Shown: positions 1 through 10,278 of the stretch, piece by piece
How positions within the stretch are numbered: the stretch's first letter is position 1
Layout of the letters: each line of letters opens with the position of its first letter
From: Ignavibacteriota bacterium
GTDB taxonomy: Bacteria; Bacteroidota; Ignavibacteria; UBA10030
DNA: 64,000 nt
Direction: 5' to 3'
Assembly (NCBI GenBank): GCA_963727825.1
Contig: CAVSHO010000001.1
Span: forward strand, 320,001-384,000
Made by a program: the position numbers and the translations under genes
The notes under the pieces: generated by a model
Seen by the model: the letters and a program-made list of their open reading frames with translations, nothing else
Told to the model about the DNA's origin: nothing
Database searches by the model: none

Positions 1-1
1 C

Positions 2-622
2 GTTGTTAGTAACAAGAATAATCGTATATCGCTCCTTCAGCACGCGCATGGTTTCTTCAACACGTGCAGTCGAAATCGGATCAAGTCCGGATGTTGGCTC
101 GTCAAACATAATTACTTCCGGTTCTACTGCCAGAATTCGGGCAATGCAAAGACGCTGTTGCTGTCCGCCTGAAAGATTCATAGCTGGAGTATGAAGCCGG
201 TCTTTAACTTCATCCCACAAATACGCCTCACGCAAACCTTTCTCAACAATTTCTGAGAGCTTGGTTTTGTTTTTAATGCCATGCATACGCGGTCCATACG
301 TAATATTGTCGTAAATGGATAACGGAAGTGGAAAGGGCAGTGCGAAGACAATGCTTACCCGTTTGCGGAGCGATTCTACATCAAGGTCGTCGATGTCTAT
401 GCCGTCCATCAATATTTTCCCGGTTTTGCTGTATGTTGAATTTAGATCATTAAGACGATTCAACGACTGCAATAATGATGACTTACCGGAATTTGCCGGA
501 CCAATGATTGTAAAAATTTCGTTGTTGTAAATATCAAGGTTCAAATTTTTAAGCGCTGTAACATTTCCAAAGTGGATTGTCAGGTCTTGAACAGAGATTT
601 TTATGGTTTTTGCATCTACCAT
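2..622 (-). CDS. pstB: Phosphate ABC transporter ATP-binding protein (runs off the window start; not in ORF track)
   Basis: Hand translation from ATG at 622: [48 protein letters not shown] (Walker A); later [35 protein letters not shown]; overlaps the pstA stop. Confidence 0.9.
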   Translation of the reverse strand, partial: MVDAKTIKISVQDLTIHFGNVTALKNLNLDIYNNEIFTIIGPANSGKSSLLQSLNRLNDLNSTYSKTGKILMDGIDIDDLDVESLRKRVSIVFALPFPLPLSIYDNITYGPRMHGIKNKTKLSEIVEKGLREAYLWDEVKDRLHTPAMNLSGGQQQRLCIARILAVEPEVIMFDEPTSGLDPISTARVEETMRVLKERYTIILVTNN

Positions 623-1461
623 CTTTTTCTCTTTCTAAATTGATAGCGGAGAATGATGGCGGCAAGATTGAGTGTGAGCACGAGCAAAAGCAAAACAAGC
701 GCAGTTCCATAGCGAATGTTTTCCGGAATACCCGGCACTTGTGTGGAGATGACATATAAATGATACGGAAGCGCCATTGTTTGGTCGAACATAGATTGAG
801 GCAGCTTTGGGAGATAAAACGCCGCGACTGTGAAAAGTATAGGTGCCGTTTCGCCAGCGGCGCGGCCGAGACCGAGAATAGTGCCGGTGAGAATTCCGGG
901 CAACGCGTGCGGCAGTACCGAATGACGAATCGTTTGCCACTTGCTTGCTCCGAGTGACAAGCTAACAATGCGGAAAGATTGTGGAACACTTTCCAAGGCC
1001 TCGCGTGATGAAGTGATAATCACCGGTAAAATCATGATTCCGAGTGTCAGCGAACCGGAAAGAATAGAAGCGCCAAAACCTAAGAAAAGTACAAAGATAC
1101 CTAATCCGAAAAGACCATACACAACCGACGGCACGCCGGCAAGATTCACAATTGCCAGCTTTACTATTCGGCTTAATGCATTATCACGAGAGTACTCAAC
1201 AAGGTAAATTGCAGAAAGAACTCCGAGCGGCACAGCAAAAATTATTGCTCCCAGAACCAGATACAGTGTTCCTAAAATTGCCGGAAAAATTCCGCCTGCT
1301 GTCATTCCGTTTGTTGGCATCTCAAACAGAAAACTTAAACTTATTGCGCTTGCTCCCTTGATAAAAATAATGACAAGAATTATTACTACAGGCACTACGA
1401 CTAACAGTGTGCAGAGGAAGAGAACACTGAATGCGATTTTTTGTTTAAGCTGAACGTTCAT
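616..1461 (-). CDS. pstA: Phosphate ABC transporter permease PstA (system 2)
   Basis: [13 protein letters not shown] and [10 protein letters not shown] motifs, multiple TM segments, pst context. Confidence 0.95.
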   Translation of the reverse strand: MNVQLKQKIAFSVLFLCTLLVVVPVVIILVIIFIKGASAISLSFLFEMPTNGMTAGGIFPAILGTLYLVLGAIIFAVPLGVLSAIYLVEYSRDNALSRIVKLAIVNLAGVPSVVYGLFGLGIFVLFLGFGASILSGSLTLGIMILPVIITSSREALESVPQSFRIVSLSLGASKWQTIRHSVLPHALPGILTGTILGLGRAAGETAPILFTVAAFYLPKLPQSMFDQTMALPYHLYVISTQVPGIPENIRYGTALVLLLLVLTLNLAAIILRYQFRKRKRW

Positions 1462-1475
1462 CTATTCAGGATTTC

Positions 1476-2348
1476 TTATTTTTTGACTTTGTGAAGATAG
1501 ATATCGGCCACACCGTTAATTAGAAATGTAATGATGAATAACACAATGCCGATTGCGAAGAGAGCTGCATAATGCTCTCCGCCTTGCACAGTCTCGCCCA
1601 TTTCCGCGGCGACGGTTGCCGTCAAAGTGCGGACTGGTTGCAGAATACTGTGCGGAATCAGTGCCGCATTCCCGGTTACCATCATTACCGCCATCGTCTC
1701 GCCGATAACACGACCGATACCGAGCATGACTGCCGCGACCATGCCGGGGCGCGCTGCGTATGCGACGATGCGCCACGTTGTCTGCCATTTTGTTGCGCCC
1801 ATTGCGATTGCAGCTTCGCGGTACTGGCGCGGAACAGCAGTGACGGCGTCTTCGGCAATTGAAACAATTGTCGGCATAGCCATGAAAGCGAGCGTGATGG
1901 AACCGGTGAGTGCTGTGAGTCCCGTTGAAAGATTAAATATCTCTTTAATGAATGGACCCAGCGTTACCATGCCGATGAAACCTATCACAACAGAAGGAAT
2001 GGCTGCAAGAAGCTCAATGCCGGCTTTCAATACTTCCTTCGTTTTACGAGGTGCAATCTCTGCGATGAAGAGGGCGCTTGCAATTCCTATTGGAATAGAA
2101 ATAATTCCCGCGCCAGCTGTTACTAAAATTGAACCGATAATAAGCGGTAAGATTCCGAATTGCGGCGGGTCAGAGATCGGATACCAATTGCGGGCGAATA
2201 AGAAGTCCGATATCGGAACTCTCCAGAAAATTGAGAGCCCTTCCTTAAGCAGAAATGCAAAGATCAGCGCGACAATCACAATAGACATAATGCCGCTCAG
2301 GAAAATCATTCGCTCGATAAAGAACTCTTTTATTTTACGCAGTTGCAT
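1476..2348 (-). CDS. pstC: Phosphate ABC transporter permease PstC (system 2)
   Basis: ELLAAIPSVVIG, EAAIAMGATKWQT, GRVIGETMAV. Confidence 0.95.
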   Translation of the reverse strand: MQLRKIKEFFIERMIFLSGIMSIVIVALIFAFLLKEGLSIFWRVPISDFLFARNWYPISDPPQFGILPLIIGSILVTAGAGIISIPIGIASALFIAEIAPRKTKEVLKAGIELLAAIPSVVIGFIGMVTLGPFIKEIFNLSTGLTALTGSITLAFMAMPTIVSIAEDAVTAVPRQYREAAIAMGATKWQTTWRIVAYAARPGMVAAVMLGIGRVIGETMAVMMVTGNAALIPHSILQPVRTLTATVAAEMGETVQGGEHYAALFAIGIVLFIITFLINGVADIYLHKVKK

Positions 2349-2355
2349 TTCGACT

Positions 2356-3240
2356 TTACTTGCTCTGTTCCAAAGATTTCACGGGAACAAAATCCAACTT
2401 CTTTACAACCTGTTGTCCTGCGGGTGAAAGCACATAATCGATGAACGTTTTTGATAATCCCTTAGCTTCGCCTTTTGTGTACATTAATAGCGGTCGCGAA
2501 ATAGGATATGCGCCGCTTATCACGTTCTCCATCGTCGGTGGGATTGCCGGAGAATTTTTATCTTTTGCTACTTTGAGCGCTTTTTCTTTGGCGGTGATAT
2601 AACCCATGCCGTAATAACCGATTGCATCCTGGTTTTGTGCAACTTCATCTGCAATCGCCTGCGAGCTTGACAGCAGCAATGCTTCTGCAGCAAATTCTTC
2701 CTTGCCGTCTGCTTTTCCGTGTCGAAGGACGTGCTCTTTAAAATAAACGTGAGTACCGGAATTCACTTCTCGCGATAAAAGTACGATCTTTGCATCGCGC
2801 CCGCCAAGTTCTTTCCAGTTCTTGATCTTTCCGGTGAAGATGTCAGCGAGCTGATCAATAGTCAGTTCCGAAATTTTATTTGCTGGGCTTACCACTACAG
2901 CCAGACCATCGAGAGCAACGATGATTTTCTTTGGAGCCGCCCCTTTCGATGCGACGAGTTCGATTTCGCTTTCTTTCATCTCACGTGATACTTCAGCAAT
3001 GTCGCACGTGCCGTTGATTAATGCTGTAATGCCGGTACCCGATCCGCCGCCGGTTACGGCAATTGAAGTGCCGGGATTTTGTTTCATGTAATCTTCTGCC
3101 CATGCTTGCCCAAGGTTCACCATTGTATCAGAACCTTTAATCTGCAGGGAATTTGATTGATTGCTGCTTCTCCGTGCACAGCCACTGAGGAGAAGCAATC
3201 CGATGACGGCTGGAACGATAAAGTTGATCGATTTAATCAT
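2356..3240 (-). CDS. pstS: Phosphate-binding lipoprotein PstS (system 2)
   Basis: Lipobox LSGC; IKGSDTM, GGGSGTG, SREVNSGT, YPISRPL. Confidence 0.92.
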   Translation of the reverse strand: MIKSINFIVPAVIGLLLLSGCARRSSNQSNSLQIKGSDTMVNLGQAWAEDYMKQNPGTSIAVTGGGSGTGITALINGTCDIAEVSREMKESEIELVASKGAAPKKIIVALDGLAVVVSPANKISELTIDQLADIFTGKIKNWKELGGRDAKIVLLSREVNSGTHVYFKEHVLRHGKADGKEEFAAEALLLSSSQAIADEVAQNQDAIGYYGMGYITAKEKALKVAKDKNSPAIPPTMENVISGAYPISRPLLMYTKGEAKGLSKTFIDYVLSPAGQQVVKKLDFVPVKSLEQSK

Positions 3241-3297
3241 TTGATTGTTCCTTTATACAATGGTCAATTAATTCATTTTTTTTGTGATTTAAATATA

Positions 3298-3336
3298 GGT
3301 AAACATTCTGTAACAAGGTTGTTAAGAAATTGTTAA
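3298..3336 (-). promoter_or_regulatory. Pho-box-like array upstream of pstS2
   Basis: Minus strand TTAACA-N5-TTAACA-N5-GTTACA-N5-TTTACC (11-bp period), followed by TATATTT. Confidence 0.8.
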
Positions 3337-3423
3337 CAAATAGAACGGACGCAGATTGAATAGTACCCTAACGAGTAACATTAAAAGATAGAAGAAAGAA
3401 ACAGAGTGAGGAGATGGACGGTT

Positions 3424-4086
3424 CTACTTCTCTTCGGCGTGATGCTTCACAACGCGTGCTTGTGTATGGAAGATAACCTCTTCGGCTATATTCGTCGTCA
3501 TGTCTGCTACACGTTCAAGGTTCCGGCTTATGCGAATGAGCTCTAGGCCGATTTCGACGGATTTCTTTTCGGATTTTAGCAACTCAATTACTTCGTTAAC
3601 CAATGTACGGTTAAGTTCATCGATCTGGTCATCGGTTTCGAGCACGGAACGTGCCATTATAGGGTCAAGTAGGATGAAGCTATCAATTGAATGGCGCAGC
3701 ATCAATTTCGTCGCTGCTGACATTTTTGGAATTTCCAGCAAAGATTCAGGCTTTCTATACTTGAGCAGATTTAAAGCGGATTCAGCTATGTTCACAGCGT
3801 GATCGCCGATGCGTTCGAGATCGTTGTTAATCTTTTGCGCTGCGATAATGAAACGGAGATCGCTTGCGACCGGTTGCTGAAGTGCAAGGAGATCGATTAT
3901 GGAGTTATCGATCTCAATTTCCAATGAGTTCACTCTATTATCCGTATCGATGACATGCTGTGCTAGGCTGCTATTCTGTTCCAGCACTGATTGGATGGCA
4001 AAGTCGAAGTTTTCTTCAACTACACTTCCCATTTTGATAAGTGTGGTTTTAATACTTTCTAATTCATGCTGAAAATGACGTTCCAT
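3424..4086 (-). CDS. phoU: Phosphate signalling protein PhoU
   Basis: QQPVASDLR, LERIGDHAVNIAE and LERVADMTTNIAEEV (two PhoU repeats). Confidence 0.95.
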   Translation of the reverse strand: MERHFQHELESIKTTLIKMGSVVEENFDFAIQSVLEQNSSLAQHVIDTDNRVNSLEIEIDNSIIDLLALQQPVASDLRFIIAAQKINNDLERIGDHAVNIAESALNLLKYRKPESLLEIPKMSAATKLMLRHSIDSFILLDPIMARSVLETDDQIDELNRTLVNEVIELLKSEKKSVEIGLELIRISRNLERVADMTTNIAEEVIFHTQARVVKHHAEEK

Positions 4087-4115
4087 AAGGTCTGCTTCCT
4101 TCTTAAAGAGAATGA

Positions 4116-4913
4116 TTAACCAAATCTACCTGTAACATAATCTTCTGTTTGCTTGATCGATGGTGCGGTGAATATTTTCTTTGTATTGTCAAATTCAATA
4201 AGCTCGCCTATATAAAAGAAGGCTGTCTCATCGCTTACACGGGCGGCTTGCTGCATATTGTGCGTTACGATGACTATCGTATAGTCTTTCTTCAACTCAT
4301 AGATCAGTTCTTCAATTTTTGCCGTTGAGATGGGATCGAGTGCGCTTGCAGGCTCATCCATGAGAAGTACTTCCGGATTAACGGCAAGGGCGCGGGCGAT
4401 ACATAAGCGCTGTTGTTGCCCTCCAGAGATGCTCATACCGCTCTTCGAAAGGGAATCTTTCACTTCATTCCAGAGTGCTGCCTGCTGAAGGCTTCGCTCA
4501 ACTGTTTCTGCAAGGTGGCCGTTGTGCGCCATACCGTTAAACCGAAGACCTGCTGCAACATTATCAAAGATCGACATAGTTGGGAAGGGGTTGGCTTTTT
4601 GAAATACCATGCCAACTCGCCGCCTTAAATTCACAGGGTCGTTCTCATGAATATCTTCACCGTCCAGCAGGATAGTGCCGTTCATTGTTCCGCCTGCCAC
4701 TTCGTGCATTCTATTCAGGCATCGAAGGAAGGTTGATTTACCACAACCAGATGGGCCGATGATAGCAACGACATGATTTTTTTCAATTGAGAGTGATATA
4801 TTCCGGAGTGCCTGTGTTTTTCCGAAGAAGGCATTCACATTTTTCGCTTCGAGTTTGAGGTTCATTTCATGAGATACAAATGCTGATGACGGTTTTTGGA
4901 GTGTCTCTATCAT
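4116..4913 (-). CDS. pstB: Phosphate ABC transporter ATP-binding protein PstB (system 1)
   Basis: [44 protein letters not shown]; start moved to ATG 4913, which follows AAGGA. Confidence 0.95.
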   Translation of the reverse strand: MIETLQKPSSAFVSHEMNLKLEAKNVNAFFGKTQALRNISLSIEKNHVVAIIGPSGCGKSTFLRCLNRMHEVAGGTMNGTILLDGEDIHENDPVNLRRRVGMVFQKANPFPTMSIFDNVAAGLRFNGMAHNGHLAETVERSLQQAALWNEVKDSLSKSGMSISGGQQQRLCIARALAVNPEVLLMDEPASALDPISTAKIEELIYELKKDYTIVIVTHNMQQAARVSDETAFFYIGELIEFDNTKKIFTAPSIKQTEDYVTGRFG

Positions 4914-4923
4914 TACGGTTTCC

Positions 4924-5787
4924 TTAATTCTGATGATCACCATAACGCCCGCGCGTAACAAAACGGAACGTAATGTTTACAATGAAAATGAGTACGATAA
5001 GTACAAATGCCGCGCCCCAGGCTTGTCTGTTCCAGTCTTCAAATGGAGCCTTAGCATAATCGTAAATAAAAACGGTTAACGATGCCATAGGGTGAAAAAT
5101 ATCGGTTGACCAAAACCGGTTTCCCAGAGCGGTAAATATCAACGGAGCAGTTTCGCCCGCCGCACGGGCTATGGCAAGAAGGACTCCGGTCATTATTCCT
5201 TTGAGCGCCGTCGGGAGAATAATTCTCAAAGTTGCCTTCCATTGTGGTATGCCGATTGCAAGCGCAGCTTCGCGGTACGAATGAGGGACAAGTTTGATCA
5301 TTTCTTCGGTGGTGCGCGTTGCTGTCGGAATCATAAGTATCCCGAGTGCGACACCTCCTGCAAGCGCTGAGTATTGTTTCATCGGAACGACCACTAAAAT
5401 ATATGCAACGACGCCAATGACGATGGATGGTACACCGCTGAGAACGTCAGTGAAGAATCTGACTATTTGTCCAAACGGGTTATTGCCATACTCTGCAAGG
5501 TAAATGCCGGCAAAGATACTGATGGGCAGTCCGAAGAGACATCCTAATCCAATGAGGATTGCAGTACCCATAAGTGCGTTTGCCATACCACCGCCTGTCT
5601 CGCCGACGGGTTTCGGCATATGAATAAGGAAATCAACATTAAGAGAACTGATTCCTTGTGCTAAAGTATAAAAGAAAATAAGAAACAGCGGAATAACAGC
5701 AATAACTACACTCATAATAGAGAGCGCGGTCATAGTCGTACTTTTTATCTTCCGCCAATTATATTTTTTAAAATCCATGTTCATCAT
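4924..5787 (-). CDS. pstA: Phosphate ABC transporter permease PstA (system 1)
   Basis: [31 protein letters not shown]. Confidence 0.95.
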   Translation of the reverse strand: MMNMDFKKYNWRKIKSTTMTALSIMSVVIAVIPLFLIFFYTLAQGISSLNVDFLIHMPKPVGETGGGMANALMGTAILIGLGCLFGLPISIFAGIYLAEYGNNPFGQIVRFFTDVLSGVPSIVIGVVAYILVVVPMKQYSALAGGVALGILMIPTATRTTEEMIKLVPHSYREAALAIGIPQWKATLRIILPTALKGIMTGVLLAIARAAGETAPLIFTALGNRFWSTDIFHPMASLTVFIYDYAKAPFEDWNRQAWGAAFVLIVLIFIVNITFRFVTRGRYGDHQN

Positions 5788-6707
5788 GTAATTTTAAATT
5801 TCTTTGTGATACTCCAGACAATCAATCGAGCAATGACATTCAGAACAATTGTGACCATAAAGAGAATTAATGCGATTTCGATAAGAGAGCTTGAATAAAG
5901 CTCGGTTGTTGCTTCAGCAAATTCATTTGCAATGACACTTGCCATGGAATGACCTGGATCAAGAAGCGAGGCGGAAATTTCAGCCCGGTTACCGATAACC
6001 ATCGTGACTGCCATTGTTTCACCGACGGCGCGGCCGAGGCCAAGTAATGCCGCGCCGAGAATACCGGATTTTCCGTCAGCAAGGATAATCTTTGTCGCTT
6101 CCCATTTTGTTGCGCCGAGGGCAAGGGCTGCTTCACGCTGCGAGTTTGGAATTGCCCGAAGCACATCTCGTGAAATAGAGGAGATGATAGGTAATATCAT
6201 AATAGCCAATATAATTCCCGCCGCAAGCATCCCAAATCCATAAGGAGCGCCACGGAAGAACGGTAAAGAACCGAGGTTGTCTGATAAGAAAGGTTCCACA
6301 GAAGTCCTCAGCCAGGGAACAAGAACAAATATTCCCCAGAGGCCATACACAATACTCGGAATAGCCGCCAGTAATTCAACGAGAAAAGAGACAGGACGTT
6401 CGATCCATTGCGGTGCGAGCTCAGAGAGGAAAACAGCTATACCAATGCTTAATGGAAGAGCTAACAACATTGCTAAAAACGAGGAAGTCACCGTACCGAA
6501 AATGTAGGGGAGAGCTCCGTATACATCCGCAACCGGGTCCCACACTGTGCCCGTAAGAAAGTTCCATCCGAATTTTTGAAGTGACAATTCTGATCCGCGG
6601 ATCATCTCGTATGCCATAAGGAATACAAGTCCGAACACGACGATCCCAAAGAACATCGTTATGTTCTTAAAAATTTTGTCTCCAGTATTTATATTTGTTT
6701 GTCTCAT
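5784..6707 (-). CDS. pstC: Phosphate ABC transporter permease PstC (system 1)
   Basis: ELLAAIPSIVYGLWG, REAALALGATKWE, GETMAVTMVIGN, IANEFAEA. Confidence 0.95.
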   Translation of the reverse strand: MRQTNINTGDKIFKNITMFFGIVVFGLVFLMAYEMIRGSELSLQKFGWNFLTGTVWDPVADVYGALPYIFGTVTSSFLAMLLALPLSIGIAVFLSELAPQWIERPVSFLVELLAAIPSIVYGLWGIFVLVPWLRTSVEPFLSDNLGSLPFFRGAPYGFGMLAAGIILAIMILPIISSISRDVLRAIPNSQREAALALGATKWEATKIILADGKSGILGAALLGLGRAVGETMAVTMVIGNRAEISASLLDPGHSMASVIANEFAEATTELYSSSLIEIALILFMVTIVLNVIARLIVWSITKKFKIT

Positions 6708-6726
6708 AATTTACGATCAACATAAC

Positions 6727-6764
6727 GCCGGGCAGTAACAATTCACCATTTGCTACTACCCGGC
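6727..6764 (-). terminator. Intercistronic stem-loop between pstS1 and pstC1
   Basis: GCCGGGCAGTAACAA / TTGCTACTACCCGGC imperfect inverted repeat. Confidence 0.55.
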
Positions 6765-6814
6765 CATTGCGCAGTAATAGTTGATGTTTCCAACCAAGGA
6801 GCTACACTGCGAAG

Positions 6815-7852
6815 TTATTTTGTTACGATAGAAGAAATTTTCTTTTCGCACATTTTAATTACATCTTTAGGCAATGGTGCATAATAGAGATCTTTTGCAT
6901 AGGATTGGCCTTCATTCATTGCCCATTTTAAAAACTTTACAATCTCTTGGGCTTTTTCCTTGTCTTTCATGTTCTTATAGATTAACAACCAGGTAAACCC
7001 GCTGATGGGATAAGAATCTTTTCCCGGTGCATCAGTCAGGGAGACACGGAAGTCCTCCGGCATATTCTTCGATGCGCCTGCAGCTGCAGCCGATACCGCA
7101 TCAAAGTTTGGTACGATAAAGTTCCCTTCCTTATTTTGGATGGCAGCATAGGATAATCCATTTTGGACAGCATAGGCTAACTCGATATACCCGATTGCAC
7201 CTTCCGATTGTTTCACTAAACCTGCAACGCCTTCATTTCCCTTTCCACCCAAGCCAATCGGCCAGTTAACCGATGTGCCTTTACCAATATTCATAGCCCA
7301 AGTTTTACTGATTTTATTCAAATAATCTGTAAATATATTTGTTGTGCCGCTTCCGTCTGAACGATGAGCAACGATAATCGATACATTGGGCAGCGTCTTT
7401 CCCGGGTTGATATCGGCAATCGATTTGTCATTCCACTTTCTTATCTGACCGAGGAAAATTTTTGCAAGAACATCTGGAGACAGGCGAAGGTCTTTGCCTG
7501 CTGCCGGAAGGTTGTAGGTTACTACAACAGCACCCATTACGGTCGGGATGTGCAATACATCTGAACCTTGCTTTTCTTTGATGGTATTCAATTGTCCATC
7601 TGTCAAAGCAGCATCAGAAGCACCAAAGTCTACTGTTCCGTCGGTAACTGCCTTGATGCCGCCGCCGCTACCAATAGATTGATAATTGAATTGCACGCCA
7701 TTTTGTTTGCTATACACGTCGAACCACTTTGAATAAATGACGTACGGGAATGTAGCACCGGCGCCATTGAGCTTCATCTGTGCAAGCGTTGTTCCGAAAA
7801 GGATAACAACAAGCGCCAGACTCATATATACTTTTGTAAATTTCATTTCCAT
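6815..7852 (-). CDS. pstS: Phosphate-binding protein PstS (E. coli-type, system 1)
   Basis: Signal peptide; GAGATFP, YQSIGSGGG, DFGASDA, RSDGSGTT, GKGNEGV, YPISGFTW. Confidence 0.95.
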   Translation of the reverse strand: MEMKFTKVYMSLALVVILFGTTLAQMKLNGAGATFPYVIYSKWFDVYSKQNGVQFNYQSIGSGGGIKAVTDGTVDFGASDAALTDGQLNTIKEKQGSDVLHIPTVMGAVVVTYNLPAAGKDLRLSPDVLAKIFLGQIRKWNDKSIADINPGKTLPNVSIIVAHRSDGSGTTNIFTDYLNKISKTWAMNIGKGTSVNWPIGLGGKGNEGVAGLVKQSEGAIGYIELAYAVQNGLSYAAIQNKEGNFIVPNFDAVSAAAAGASKNMPEDFRVSLTDAPGKDSYPISGFTWLLIYKNMKDKEKAQEIVKFLKWAMNEGQSYAKDLYYAPLPKDVIKMCEKKISSIVTK

Positions 7853-7870
7853 CTCCTGAGTTATAAAATG

Positions 7871-7900
7871 GAATTCCGAAATCTTCCGATTTCGGAATTC
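7871..7900. other. Perfect 13-bp-stem hairpin between the porin gene and pstS1
   Basis: GAATTCCGAAATC-TTCC-GATTTCGGAATTC. Confidence 0.75.
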
Positions 7901-7913
7901 TTACAATTATTGA

Positions 7914-9059
7914 TTAAAGAAAAACATAATACAATGTGAGGCGAGCGGTAACGGAAGCATTCGGTGTTGTACCGCCTTTTTGCGCTTCATACGTCTCATA
8001 GAGAATGTTCGGCATGATGGAAACATTCTTGTCAACTTTCCATGAAAGGCCGGCAATAATATAATTGCGAGCGAGGTAGCTGGCTGTGCCTGTTCCAAAA
8101 TGTGCCGGATCTTTCGGAGTATCATCTGTACTCGGATTGTAATTGTCATACCGCGCTACAATAGCAAGTTCCGGAATAATGTAGTACGAACCGAACACAG
8201 AAAATCCCATGGCATTCAAATCACTATAGGATTTTGCCGCGGTATCTTTCAGTGCGTTGGAAGTGGTTTGTAAGAACCCTTCGACACCGATGTTATAGCT
8301 GAACGGCTCACTGTAACCGATGAACAACGCAGTTGTCAGGGCACCGTTATTCACATAACTCTTCGTATAGCTATTTTGAATGTTTGCGACGTCTTTATAA
8401 TCTACATACAACGTTGCTTGAAGATTTGTCGTCGGTTTGAGCTGAATATGTGCATAGTAGCGTTTGTATTTATCTGTTTCCACATTGTTGCCGCTGCCAT
8501 TGGCAAACATTGCCCAGTAGTTTATCATTCCATCGTCCGTGATTTTTCCTTTGAGTGAAATTCCGAGATCACGTGAAGAAACGATCCCGCGTAAATCCAT
8601 AATCGTTTTTTCAAGAGAACGATATCCCCACGCTGCTTCAGAGACATCGTAGGCGGGGGTCGGTTGAACGCCGAAAATCAAATTGCTCCCGCTGAAAATA
8701 TTTTTCCACATCAAGTACGCATCTTTGACAAATACGCTAACCTTGGCGCTGGGGAGAACATCACCCGAAGCGGTCGGCGCACTTGTTGCAGCCGCCTGGT
8801 CGGCTTCTAATCGAAACCGGCTAGTAAACTGATCAGAAATGTCGTTATCATAAGCGAAATAGATGCGGCGGAGTTGGAATGCTTGAAATGCAGTTCCACC
8901 GGCCGGGCTCGCAACATTTTTCAGGTTTAGGATGTTTGCGTCTCGTTCGACATTATAATAGTAATCTCCAAACATGTACCCACTGAATTTTCCCTGGCCA
9001 ACGGCTACAGATAATCCAAGAACAATGAGAAGTGTAGAAATTGCTAGCATCTTCTTCAT
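7914..9059 (-). CDS. Outer-membrane porin-like beta-barrel, probably phosphate-selective
   Basis: Signal peptide, FQLRRIYFAY, VKDAYL, SRDLG, alternating aromatic C-terminal strand; lies directly upstream of pstS. Confidence 0.7.
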   Translation of the reverse strand: MKKMLAISTLLIVLGLSVAVGQGKFSGYMFGDYYYNVERDANILNLKNVASPAGGTAFQAFQLRRIYFAYDNDISDQFTSRFRLEADQAAATSAPTASGDVLPSAKVSVFVKDAYLMWKNIFSGSNLIFGVQPTPAYDVSEAAWGYRSLEKTIMDLRGIVSSRDLGISLKGKITDDGMINYWAMFANGSGNNVETDKYKRYYAHIQLKPTTNLQATLYVDYKDVANIQNSYTKSYVNNGALTTALFIGYSEPFSYNIGVEGFLQTTSNALKDTAAKSYSDLNAMGFSVFGSYYIIPELAIVARYDNYNPSTDDTPKDPAHFGTGTASYLARNYIIAGLSWKVDKNVSIMPNILYETYEAQKGGTTPNASVTARLTLYYVFL

Positions 9060-9135
9060 AATTATTTATTCCTTTATATTAATGTTAGTGAAATGGATTG
9101 AGTTATTTTAAATCGAGAAGAAACGATTTCATGCG

Positions 9136-9330
9136 TTAGGTGATGAATGCTTTGACAAGAGTGCTCAAGATGAACATTGCAATTGTCACAAAGACTAAAA
9201 AGAAATAGAATTTTTTATTGGCTATCTCCTGAATTTCAACCCCTTGCGTTTCGTCAAAACCGAAGAGGTTGTAGATAAGTCGAAAGAGAAAGAGTTCGCG
9301 TTGGATTTTCTTTTTTGTTGTCATCTTCAA
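9136..9330 (-). CDS. Small membrane protein (about 62-64 aa)
   Basis: C-terminal hydrophobic helix; co-oriented at the head of the pst operon. Confidence 0.5.
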   Translation of the reverse strand: MKMTTKKKIQRELFLFRLIYNLFGFDETQGVEIQEIANKKFYFFLVFVTIAMFILSTLVKAFIT

Positions 9331-9339
9331 GGGTAAGAG

Positions 9340-9495
9340 TTATGCACCAAGCACTTGCACAATAATTGCAAAGAGTGCAAGAGCGAAACAAACCATACTA
9401 AGTGATACAATGAGCTCTATATTGCTGATGGGAATATTTTCTTCCATCCTAAAATCGTCAGCGGTAAGTATATTTCCTGCTATCCATTGTTTCAT
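9340..9495 (-). CDS. Small membrane protein, 51 aa (below the ORF-track cut-off)
   Basis: AGGAGT RBS then MKQWIAGNILTADDFRMEENIPISNIELIVSLSMVCFALALFAIIVQVLGA*; one TM helix. Confidence 0.6.
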   Translation of the reverse strand: MKQWIAGNILTADDFRMEENIPISNIELIVSLSMVCFALALFAIIVQVLGA

Positions 9496-9551
9496 TTGAT
9501 ACTCCTAAATCTTCATTGTTCTCAACTTGCGATACAAATATCGCATGAAGA

Positions 9552-9590
9552 CATTGCCGGAAGTTAACCGAAAGATTACCAAATTGTTAA
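9552..9590 (-). promoter_or_regulatory. Pho-box-like array upstream of the small ORF-porin-pst operon
   Basis: Minus strand TTAACA, GTAATC, TTAACT, GCAATG at 10-12 bp spacing; GATATTTG downstream. Confidence 0.6.
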
Positions 9591-9861
9591 ATGTAAATGG
9601 AAGCCGGACTGTGGTATTTCTGGAAAACAGGAACAACGATTTTATTGTAGCCAGGGATGGAGTTGCGGTTATAGCTTGATGCCAAAGAATGTTTTGGCTA
9701 AATTAATATAAGTGAAGACTATTCTGAATAAAAGACTCTAATGAAACAAGCATTCGAGAAGGTCAAGCAACTTGTGGCAGACTTCAATGAGCAAGAATCT
9801 GTACTAACACATTAAGCAGGCAAATTTAAATTATAACATAGTATAGTGGAGTATATAATAG

Positions 9862-10245
9862 ATGAAAGATATCAGCAAAAAAATAGTATTTAAGCTTTTA
9901 TTTTTTACGGGATTTACGACCGCACTTATTATGACCTGTTTTGAAATACTAAAGCAGCTTATCCATTCCAATATAACTATTTGGGAATCTCATTTGACTA
10001 CAATTATTTTCACTACAGTCGTAGCCGTAGCTCTTACATATCTGGCTTTAAGAAAGCATGATTCTGTACTAAGAATATTAAGTGGAATAATCCCGGTATG
10101 TGCATGGTGCAGGAAAGTTCGTGATGAGGAAGGGAATTGGGTTTCTTTTGAAGAGTATATAAGAAAAAATTCTGATGCTCATATTACACACGGTATTTGT
10201 ACAGAATGCGGAGACAAATTTCCAGTAGAAGAAGAATACGATTAA
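9862..10245 (+). CDS. Two-TM membrane protein with a C-terminal CxxC...HxxCxxC module
   Basis: LSGIIPVCAWCRKVRDEEGNW...THGICTEC. Confidence 0.8.
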   Translation: MKDISKKIVFKLLFFTGFTTALIMTCFEILKQLIHSNITIWESHLTTIIFTTVVAVALTYLALRKHDSVLRILSGIIPVCAWCRKVRDEEGNWVSFEEYIRKNSDAHITHGICTECGDKFPVEEEYD

Positions 10246-10278
10246 CCAGACATGAATTTTAACGCCCGTCCGTTAGGC
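10240..10278 (+). repeat. Degenerate, internally deleted attC-like site
   Basis: ATTAAC overlapping the stop codon ... GCCCGTCCGTTAGGC. Confidence 0.5.

Noticed and set aside
1627-2427. 266-aa plus-strand ORF
   Set aside because: Antisense shadow of pstC with no recognisable motifs; the same applies to the many short antisense ORFs in the track.
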